A DNA stretch of 64,000 nt, taken from positions 3,844,001-3,908,000 of the forward strand of contig OX597827.1 in the NCBI GenBank assembly GCA_951406725.2, given 5' to 3'. The first letter of the stretch is position 1, and every line of letters starts with the position of its first letter. Of the stretch, positions 52,586 to 64,000 are shown piece after piece. Source of the DNA: Octopus vulgaris (lineage: Eukaryota). Both the position numbers and the translations under genes were made by a program. The notes under the pieces were generated by a model. That model ran no database searches. It was not told the origin of the DNA and saw only the letters and a program-made list of their open reading frames with translations.

Positions 52586-53195
52586 TAAAGTAATACATTT
52601 GTAGTTAAGGTAAAGAAGTTGATGACTATTAATATTGCAGAGAGTATTGAGATTTCAGAGTAAAGCAGAACAATGTTACGTACTTACCAGCCAACATGTT
52701 TCTCATCTCTAAGAGCAAAGAACTTATCCTAGAACTGCACCAAGAGACTGTGTTGTCTAATATTACTAAGAGGTGTACACAGGAATATCTTCTCATTTCT
52801 TATTCCTTTGAGTATAAGATTAAAATGAAGTTGTGAAGTACATCCATTCCTGTGTATATTAGCATAGCAGTATATAACTCTTTTGCTGGTTTGCATCAGT
52901 TTATCCATATTTGTAAGACTGGGTGTACGTTTGGTTTATTTATTGGAGCAATTGTTTTTACAGCTGGATGCCCTTCCTATCGCTAATCACTGAACCGTGA
53001 AATAGAGTCGAGTCTGTTTATGCAGATGTAAATTTAAAATGTCTTCAACTGGGAATTCTAGCGAAGTCACGAATTTGGATCTCCAGCAGTTTGCTCTCAT
53101 AATTATGTGTGTAACGTGTAAGTGTGTGTAATGTGCGTAATTTTGCAAGTGAGTGTATTTGTGAATGTGTGTGTGTGAGTGTCTATATGCATATT

Positions 53196-53420
53196 CATAC
53201 ACACACATGTATATTTATGTCAGTCTCATACATATATACGTGTGTATATTTATATTTGCATACATACACTCATGTACACACACACACACACACACACATA
53301 TATACATATATATACATATATATACATCATACACACACATGTATATTTATGTCAGTCTCATACATATATATGTGTGTATATTTATATTTGCATGCATACA
53401 CTCATGTACACACACACATA
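53196..53420. repeat. Local ~130-bp tandem duplication
   Basis: 'catacacacacatgtatatttatgtcagtctcatacatatata..ctcatgtacacac' occurs twice. Confidence 0.9.
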
Positions 53421-53439
53421 TATATATATATATTTAAGT

Positions 53440-53503
<64 letters not shown>

Positions 53504-54473
53504 CATATATAGACACACTTACATATATTCATATACATATATACCTATGTACATGTATATGTGTACATATATATATATATATATGTATCTCTTTCTCTCT
53601 GTGTAGATAAATACACACATATATATATATACACACATATAATATATGCATACATATTTATAATTCTGTGTATGGATATAGATACATAATATCTACACAT
53701 CTATATATTTGTATATGAATACACGTGAAGAAATATATATATGCATATAAAAATATAATCTATGAAGCTGTGAAATACTGGGATAGAGAGGGAGGGAGGA
53801 AGGGAGGGGGTGGGGTGGGAGAGAGAGCCAGAGACACACAGACAAATATCAACCAAGGAAGAGGAAGAAATAAGATTCAAATATACATATACATGTATAT
53901 GCCTGTTTGTGTGTGTGTGTATGTGTCTGTATTTATTCATGTGTATGTGTGTGTGTGTGTGTGTGTGTCTGTATTTATTCATGTGTATGTGTGTGTCTGT
54001 GTGTGTGTGTGTGTGTGTGTATGTGTCTGTATTTATTCATGTGTATGTGTGTGTGTGTGTGTGTGTCTGTGTATGTATTTATTCATATGTTCGTGTGTGT
54101 GTGTATATTCATATATATATATATTGATATGTATGTATGTATTCATATATATGTATTTAAAATCTTTTATATATACAAATACAAATATATATATTAATGG
54201 TTGGTTTGAATTGTACCAAAACTCAAATCTCAATTAAAATCACGTATACAGTACATTACATATATACACATACACACACACACACATCATTATGTACATG
54301 AATGCACACACACATACAGACACACACACACACACACACACATACATGTAAGTATACCTATATAGGGGCATACATACAGCAATAGATATGTACTTACATA
54401 TGTACAGACACAAAGACATAAATATATCTATCTATCTATCTATCTATCTATCTCTCCTTATATGTATGTATGT

Positions 54474-54528
<55 letters not shown>

Positions 54529-54702
54529 CATATATATATATATGTACACTGACATAAATGCACAAGAAAGTCTATGATTGTTTATTATTAATTGCACACA
54601 TGTGTGAATATGGTGTCAGAGTTCTGTTATGGTTGATTGAGTGTTCCATTTGTCTCTGGCAGCAGCATGTATGTGTGTGTGCGTGTGTGTCTATGTGTGT
54701 GT

Positions 54703-54740
<38 letters not shown>

Positions 54741-56406
54741 ATGGTATTGGTACAAGTGTCAATAAACTAAATATCAGCAATGCAATGGTTTAAGTGGTTG
54801 AATTGATCAAAGCTAGGAGTGATTGCCACTCCTAGCTTTTAGTAGACGTCAATATAAATGCAAACTTATCACTTTTATTTGTTCTCATCTATGTTTGCAT
54901 GTGTATATGCGTGTATGTATGTATGCACCTATATATATGCTTTATTATGAGAGTCTATGTATATGTATGCATAATATATATGTATATACACACATGCACA
55001 CACACACACATATATTTGTATGTATGTATATATATTTATAAATATACATATATATATATAGATATATATATATATATACATATATATATGTATATGCGTG
55101 TGTGTGTGTGTGTGTGTATGTGTGTGTATGAATGTATGTAGGTTCATTTTATGTGTATCTTACATATATTACATTTAGGTAGATAGATTATATGAATACA
55201 CATGTACACAAAGAGATAACTCTGAAGATGGATGCATGGACACACACGCACACACACACACACACACACATACACACACACACAAATACACACATACTAT
55301 ACAAGTGCTTTTGTATATGTATATATATACTTACATTATACGTAAATATACATACCTGTATGTATGTACATATTACGTACATACACACACATATATATAT
55401 AAATGTATATATATACATATATGTATAGTTTGGAACAATCAGTAACTTGTCATAATAGGACTCAGAGTTTCAAATGCTGGAGCTAAGAGCTATGATGCAT
55501 TCTCATCAGCTCTGGCATTTGAAACACTGCGTATTTACTGATTGTCATAAACTATAGATATATGAATTCCTCTATTTACCATATATACATTTCTCTATTT
55601 ACCATATATAATGTTGCATAAATAAATTCCACTATTTGTTGTCCTTTTTTAATTATTATTATTATTATTATTATTATTATTGTTATTGCACACACACACA
55701 CACACATTTAAACATATTGAATCTTACAATTTGTTTGCTATGAACAATATATAATAATCGTTGAACAATTTTTTTAAAAATTCTGACAAGAAATTGTGAT
55801 ATAATAATATCAAATTGAGACAATATATAAATATATTCTTTGTTTTTAGGTAAACGAACATGAATGAAACAAGAGCTTTTAAAAATTAAGTAAACCAACA
55901 AATAAATAAATAAATAAATATATATATATATAAATATATATATAAATAAATACATAACTGAATCAAACCATTGTCACGGGGTGTTTTCTTGAATGGTTTT
56001 GAGATTATCAAAACAAATGGAATGAAAACATAGATCTTATAATTTTGTTTTTTATTTATATATAAAGGATATAATTTTATGAGTGGAAAGATAGGTCTGT
56101 GTGTGATTGCTCAAGGTCTATGAATAACAGCACTTAAGCATCCTCTTAAATAACAACCTACTGTCTTAATAAAAGGAGGATACATCGGATAATGTTGTAT
56201 TCTTAAAATATGGTATGTTTGAAAATTACACAGAAAAAAAATAAAAGGAGAAAATAACCCCTTGACTTGAATCCAGTTGATTTGCCTGCTCTATTGATGA
56301 TGAGCAGGGATTAAACAAAAGCAACATCAGTAACATCATCACCATCCTCACCACCACAGTGAAAACTACCACCACCACCAGCAGCAACAACATCAACAAT
56401 AGCAGT

Positions 56407-56560
56407 GGAGGCGCAATGGCCCAATGGTTAGGGCACGGACTCTCGGTCGGAGGATCGCGGTTTTGATTCCCAGACCGGGCGTTATGTGTGTTTATTGAGA
56501 GAAAACACCTAAAGCTCCACGAGGCTCCAGCAGGGGGTGGTGGCGACCCCTGTTGTACTT
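56407..56560 (+). mobile_element. SINE family C 5' half
   Basis: 'ggaggcgcaatggcccaatggttaggg..gattcccagaccgggcg'. Confidence 0.9.
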
Positions 56561-56571
56561 GTGAAGGACTT

Positions 56572-56880
56572 GTGATGACTTGGAAGAAATGAAGCTAGCA
56601 TGCTCTGCTGGATGGGTAATGTCAGTGTTCACGAACAACCGAGTGTAAATGATTTAAGAGGAAGACTGGGTGTAAGAGACATCAGATGTTGTAGACAAGA
56701 GAGAAGACTGCAATGGTTTGGTCATGGGATGCATAAGGATGAGGACAGCTGCATAAAGAGGTGTCGAGCTCTAATGGTGGAGGGTACCTAGGGAAGGGAC
56801 AGACCCAGAAAGACGTGGGACAAATAGTGAGAAAGGTTTTTCAGACACAGGACTTCACTGACAAGGGACCAAGAGTTGCG
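56572..56880 (+). mobile_element. RTE-clade LINE 3' fragment
   Basis: RNEASMLCWMGNV..LRGRLGVRDI..RRLQWFGH..VEGT*GRDRPRKTW. Confidence 0.8.
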
Positions 56881-57099
56881 ATTTGCTGTACTTGAGAAGA
56901 TGAGTCAAACTAAGTAAAAGCACTGACATCCATACATACAGACTTGTCTTTTGCAATTGCCAGTGCTACATGAGTGCACCTATGCTGTATATATGCGAGA
57001 TAACAGTTTCACTTTAATAGTTTCAATATTAAAGTGAAATTATTAAAGTGAAAATATCTGACATTACAATAGAGAGATGTTATTGTTTCACTTTTGACA

Positions 57100-57315
57100 C
57101 AAAATACTGAAATAGTGGAGGAGATATGATATTGCTCTGGGCTCGCACTAGGCAAGAAGTTAAAAAATGTTTTCACCTATGACACTACATGGACCCTAAG
57201 GAAGGCATGTGTAAAATTTGAATGGAATTGGTTGTGTAGTTCTCAAGTATTATTGATTCACACAGACACACAGACAGACAGACCGACACACATTCTCATT
57301 TTGATATATATAGAT
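57100..57315 (-). mobile_element. Probable Helitron 5' fragment
   Basis: Same architecture as the 5' end of 14903-15306 (A|TCTATATAT.., (TCTG)n, 'aaatttgaatggaattgg'); no 3' CTAG seen. Confidence 0.45.
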
Positions 57316-57672
57316 AGATATATGCATAGATATACATATATACATAGATATGTATATATATATATATATATAAATATATATATTGGTATTTCTATCCATC
57401 TATCTATCTATCTATCTATCTATGTATCTATCTATCTATCTATCTATATATATATATATATATATATGCACATGCACACACAGAGTCTGGCAGATTGGAA
57501 GCCGCATACAGCTCCATATAGTTAAGGTTGATTGTTGTGAAGTTATAAATAAATATTGTTAGTATATTTAGACTTGTGAAAAAAGATGTTATTAGCTCAT
57601 GATAATATAAAAATAATCTTTCTATGTATGCATTTGTGTGGATGTCTGTCTGTCTGTCTATCTACCTACCTG

Positions 57673-57719
<47 letters not shown>

Positions 57720-57728
57720 GTCTATCTA

Positions 57729-57762
<34 letters not shown>

Positions 57763-57795
57763 CGTCCATCCACCTTTCTGTCTGTCTGTCTACAT

Positions 57796-57832
<37 letters not shown>

Positions 57833-58087
57833 TAGAGACATAGAGCGGTATATTGTTCAAGTGGTAAAACTAGTGATCAGGTTGATCAGGTTCAAAAATT
57901 AATGTTAAAGCATTTGGCTAGGATCCGATGTGTGTGTGTGTGTGTGTGGTGAATTTGAATCCTAATTGACAGTTTAGGTGTGTATTCTCTACTAGTGGAT
58001 ATCTATGTATTTTTAACTTCATCATGTGACTTTTACACACTCACACATCTATACTCACATGTATGTGTATGTCTATATACATGCATG

Positions 58088-58446
58088 CATACATACATAC
58101 ATACATACATACATACATACATACATACATACATACATACATACATACATACATACATACATACATACATACATACATACATACATACATACATACATAC
58201 ATACATACATACATACATACATACATACATACATACATACATACATACATACATACATACATACATACATACATACATACATACATACATACATACATAC
58301 ATACATACATGCATGCATACATACATACATACATACATACACACATACATACATACACACATACATACATACATACATACATACATACATACATACATAC
58401 ATACATACATACATACATACATACATACATACATACATACATACAT
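58088..58446. repeat. (ATAC)n microsatellite
   Basis: Direct inspection. Confidence 0.97.
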
Positions 58447-58544
58447 ACTCACACACACACATAAACACACCTGCACAGACACATTCCCTGGCACAAGCAA
58501 GACTCATATCTATATATTCTTTCTCCCTTCTCTCTCAGTGAGTA

Positions 58545-58598
<54 letters not shown>

Positions 58599-58695
58599 GT
58601 AAGTCAGTGTATCTGTGTACATGTGTGTGTATTTGTCGTGTATGTATTACATTTATCAATGTGTGTGTGTGTGTATGTGTGTGCATGTATGTGTA

Positions 58696-58744
<49 letters not shown>

Positions 58745-59569
58745 ATATATATATTGATGCATTGGTACATGCTTACAGACTCTAAGTAACCATCATAATG
58801 GATGATTGCCGTTTCACTCTCATGTCAAAATCTCATCCTCTCCCAACACACCTAGCTCATTACTGTCTAGTCTGGGGCCAAAAAAACAAACAACCTCACC
58901 CACATCCCCATGCATACACACACACACACATATATATATGTATATACATTTGCATATGTACACACATATGTATATGTGTGTGTGTGTGTGTGTGATGTGT
59001 ACATATATATACATCTATCTACACATATGATATACATACCTATGCATCATGTACACGGTTTTACGCACACATACAAACAAAAGGAGACAACCAGACATAT
59101 ATCTCTTAGAAAATGAATGAATACTTTGGCTAACCAATATAGGTAACAACAACAACAACAACATGTACTGCTACAACAACAAATAAAAGATATATAAATA
59201 AAAGAGCAAATTGTTGTCGTGATCAATACAACTTTATAAAATAAGGTTTATAACCTTGAACCTCCTCAAGCTGACATATGCCAAACATTGTAAAACTAGC
59301 CAACAACATCCCCGCTGCCATCATCAATAATTCACCCCACTCATCATCACCACCACCACCACCACCACCATCAACATCACTACTACTGTCACAACCACTA
59401 TCACAAATGGTATTGCCATCATCATCATGATCATCTTCGTCAACACCACCAACACCGCCACCGCCACTGCCACCACCACCACCACTACCACCACCACCAC
59501 CATTATCACAAACTGCCAATACCTTATCACCACCACTAATAACACTACTGCCATTATCATTACCATTCT

Positions 59570-59601
<32 letters not shown>

Positions 59602-59695
59602 CCACTTCTAAAATCAAAATCACTCTTATTTCTACCACCGCCATACGTATATATACATATATATATATACATATATACATATACATATATATATG

Positions 59696-59747
<52 letters not shown>

Positions 59748-59769
59748 TATACATACATACATATACATA

Positions 59770-60243
<474 letters not shown>

Positions 60244-60668
60244 GTGCAACTCAGCAGTCCAGCCAAAGTGACCAATACAATAATTGTGAAACTGTAAAAA
60301 TAAAAAAATGAGATCCAATTTATTTGACTCAACCCTTGAAGTCACTCTAGTTGACCAAATCCTGTCAAGGGAGTGCTCCAGCATGGTCGCAATTTAATGG
60401 CTGAAAACAAGTAAAAGAGTAAAAAAATAACATCATGTCGACTTGCTTTGTATGCAAGCTGACAAGAACCATACCGTACTATCTTTAAAAAAAAAATAAG
60501 GTAAAAACATTTGATAATGTAGTACAACTTATGCTGTGTCAAGGAGAAGGGGGGGGGGGTGAAGACGTTGAACTGGTCACAGTTTTAACACTTTTGATCA
60601 AAGGTTTGCTTGATCAAAGCTGACGTGGGGGGTTAGGCATCATCAACAACAACAACAGCAATAACAGT

Positions 60669-60699
<31 letters not shown>

Positions 60700-60995
60700 G
60701 CAACAAATTTTCTTCATGCTTAGCCTTCGCCACACCTCTACCACCGCCACCACCACCATGACTACAACCCATCAATACTCTGCCTCCGCCTCCACCTCCT
60801 CTTTTCTTCAGTTCATTTTTCTGGAATCAACCAAACTGTTTGCCTATCTGTCCAACACAACATTTCTCTGTTGTCATGGTACGTCTTAACCATTAGATGC
60901 ATACAGATGCCAAGATGCATACACACATACATGCACACGCTTGCACTTACACAAACACTCACCCTTGCACAGCCCAACACACAGCAACACATCGC

Positions 60996-61050
<55 letters not shown>

Positions 61051-61364
61051 ATGCATTCATGTCAAGTCACACACATACACACACACATCAAAACACTTCA
61101 ACATATGCAAACACACAGGCACCAACAGACACACATAGACACATAAACAAACCATCACACACATGCACACACAGACCAACACATTCATATACCAACACAG
61201 CACAGCACAGCACCATCATAAGCATACATACACACATACACATACACATGCATCCACACACCCCAGAAGAATGGCTAAAATGGAATGAAGAGGTGTCTTT
61301 AAGGTTTTACACATTATTCATCCCAGAAGGCTTTCCTCCCCCATTATCTCTCTTAGAAACCATG

Positions 61365-61405
<41 letters not shown>

Positions 61406-61687
61406 CCTGTGTGTCTGTTTCTCTGTATGTGTATGTATGTTGGTGGTTGGTCTTTTCATTTCTGTCTCAGATTCTTCTCCAAGGATTATTACATTTTGTC
61501 TTCCAGACATTCTCTAGTAAAAATATTTGAATGGCTTTGGATCAATGTGTCTATTTATGTATACACTCTAATGCATGTATGTGTATATATGTATGTCACA
61601 TGTATGTACATGCGTATATTGCATATATATTTGTGTCAGTATCTTTGTGTATGAATGAGTTTGAGTGAATGCATCTTTCTTTATGTC

Positions 61688-61973
61688 CTTTTGAAGCCTA
61701 GCCAGGCTCATGGGCCCGGTTTCCTGGTTTCTGTGTTCCCCCCAGCTGAACGGTATGCCAGTCCATCTCAATGTTACTCAAGAAATAGGAAGAGAGAGTA
61801 AGAGAAAGTTGTGGCGAAAGAGTGCAACAGGGGTCGCCACAACCCCTTGTCGGAGCCTCATGGAGCTTTTAGGTGTTTTCGCTCAATAAACACACAACGC
61901 CCGGTCTGGGAATCGAAACCGCGATCCTCCGACCGCGAGTCTACTGCCCTGACCACTGGGCCACTGCGCCTCC
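61688..61973 (-). mobile_element. SINE with family C head and an alternative tail
   Basis: Head as in 47043-47334; tail 'aagcctagccaggctcatgggccc.gtttcc' is shared with 62756-63026. Confidence 0.85.
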
Positions 61974-62755
61974 ACGAGTAAATGCATGTGTGTATATATT
62001 TATCTGGGTGCATCTATTTTTCAGTGTGTGTGTGTTTTTGTGTGTGTATTTCTGTGAAATTTCTGTCCTCTCTTTCTTGTGTGTGCATGCATATGTTGTG
62101 TACATGAACATTTTGTCTCTGTGTGCATGTTTATATCTGTGTATGTGTGTGTGCATATGCATCTGCATATCTGTATGTGTAATTGCCTGCTTATTTTGTG
62201 TTTATTCATCAAGGTGCTCATGCGTATGTGTGTGTGGGTCTATATATATTTTCCAGCGTTTGCTTGTGTGTCTGTGTGTCTGTGTGTATGTATGTATGAG
62301 TGTGGGTTAGTTTGTCTTTTTGTCAGTCTATTTTTCATTGTGGGCAATATTTGCTTGTTTCTTTGTGAGGGCATGTGTGTGCGTGTGTATATTTGTCTGT
62401 CTATTTGTTGGTCTATATTTCAGAGCGAACATGCATGTGTGTGTATTTTGTTCATATATTGATACCCACCTTTTTTTTATTAGTATTTGTATGTATTTAT
62501 GTATGTGTAGGTGTGTGTTTGTTATCTTCAGTTTTCATTTTGTTCTCTGAAGCATTTCGTTTTTATGTGCAATGGTCAGCAATGTTGCTATTTGAAGTAC
62601 TTGAGTCTTTCATATTTCTAATCATAACTACAATATTTAACTGTTGAACTTTAGTCTTACATATTAGTCATTACAAAATATTTAACTGTTGCACTTCAGT
62701 CTATCATTACTAGTCATAACTACAACATTTAACTGTTGTACTTCAGTCTATCATA

Positions 62756-63026
62756 AAATAAAAAAATAAATGCGCCCTTTTAAAGCCTAGCCAGGCTCAT
62801 GGGCCCAGTTTCCCAGTTTCTATGGCGTATGTGTTCCCCAGCTGGACGGGACGCCAGTCCATCACAGCATTACTCATTTTTGCCAGCTGAGTGGACTGGA
62901 GCAATGTGAAATGAAGTGTCTTGCTCAAGAACACAATGCATCTCCCAGTCCAGGAATCGAAACCACAATCTTATGATCATGTGATCATGATGCTGACACC
63001 CTAACCACTAAGCCACGTGCCTCCAC
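62756..63026 (-). mobile_element. SINE with family D-like head and 13-bp TSD
   Basis: TSD tcagtctatcata at 62743-62755 and 63027-63039; inserted at the end of a 3x ~50-bp minisatellite (62620-62755). Confidence 0.9.
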
Positions 63027-63131
63027 TCAGTCTATCATATTGGTTTCAAATTTTGGCTCAAGGCCAGCAATTTTGGAGTGGAGCTTAAGTCAATTCCATT
63101 GACCCCAGTAATCAACTGGTACTTATTTTAT

Positions 63132-63363
63132 GACGGCGAGCTGGCAGGACGGCGAGCTGGCAGGACGGCGAGCTGGCAGGACGGCGAGCTGGCAGGATGG
63201 CGAGCTAGCAGAAAGGTTAGCACACCGGGCGAAATGCTTAGCGGTATTTCGTCTGCCGTTACACTGTGAGTTTAAATTCCGCCGAGGTCGACTTTACCTT
63301 TCATCCTTTCGGGGTCGATAAATAAAGTACCAGTTACGCACTGGGGTCGATGTAATCGACTTA
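63132..63363 (+). mobile_element. SINE family A with 5x amplified 16-bp head unit
   Basis: gacggcgagctggcag x4 plus one variant (63132-63211), then the normal body. Confidence 0.9.
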
Positions 63364-63386
63364 ATAATAATAATAATAATAATAAT

Positions 63387-64000
63387 TGTGTACAGTGCTC
63401 AGGTGCACTACAACTCATCTAAAGTGTATATATAATCAGGTGTAGTTTCGGCGGATTTCGGAAAGCATGAGGGCCTTAAAAGATGCAGTGTCATGGCAGT
63501 CAACAACTGACGCAGGCAGTTTATTCCATGCTTCAGCAACTCTGAGCGTGAAAAAATGTTTCCGAAAGTCATGGGAGCTGTATTGTTTTCTGACTTTGTA
63601 GGCATGTCCACGTGTGTTAGACACATGGAGATCAAAAGGTGTTCAGTGTTGTTGTTGGTGAGGTGGTTGATAACTTTGTGGGTGTTTACCAAGTCCGTCG
63701 CCAAACGCCGGAGCTTCAGTGAATCCATGCCCAGGGAAACAAGGCGCTCAGAATATGGTAGGTGTCTGATGGAGGGTACGCGTTTGGTTGCACGTCTCTG
63801 GACAGATTCCAGGAGGTCAATGTTCTGTGCAAGATAGGGGTTCCAAACTGATGATGCGAATTCCAAGTGTGGTCGTACCATAGCTGTATACAGTTTTAAA
63901 TAGATGGCTGGAGAGCGGCTAACAAAAGACCTGCTGAGTGATGCCAAGACACCCTCGGCCTTCTTGACAATCTTAGAGATATGCTTTGACCAACGCAAAT
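63387..64000 (-). mobile_element. CR1-clade LINE 3' end (RT C-terminus, frameshifted) with (ATT)n tail
   Basis: LYTAMVRPHLEFASSVWNPY..LESVQRRATK..YSERL..LRR; NTRGHAYKV..RKHFFTLRVAEAWNKLP. Confidence 0.92.

Noticed and set aside
62620-62755. Regularly spaced short repeats suggesting a CRISPR-like array (also 17470-17660, 53925-54090)
   Set aside because: The intervening sequences are themselves similar (minisatellites), the context is eukaryotic and there are no cas genes.

Overview
AT-rich eukaryotic (animal) non-coding DNA, saturated with microsatellites and short interspersed repeats. The repeat landscape (several tRNA-derived SINE families, huge TA/CA/GATA/ATAC/GAA tracts) looks like an Octopus (cephalopod) genome; this is an inference from pattern, not a database result. 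I recognise no host protein-coding gene, rRNA, true tRNA or CRISPR array, and nearly all supplied ORFs are microsatellite translations. Supportable content: at least five SINE families (dozens of copies, several with target-site duplications), decayed LINE fragments (R4/Dong-like, RTE, CR1, Tx1/L1-like), a non-autonomous Helitron, Helentron/HINE-like pieces, hAT MITEs and a 1.75-kb purine-only GAA tract. The most interesting signal is a set of five unrelated type-I hammerhead-ribozyme-like motifs, most with palindromic stem III, as known from Penelope-like elements and retrozymes. They include a G3-C8 core variant inside a long inverted repeat and a highly structured ~300-nt retrozyme-like unit. 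Several perfect palindromes also occur, two of them next to TA tracts. All alignments and folds were done by eye, and repeat boundaries are approximate unless TSDs or termini are quoted.
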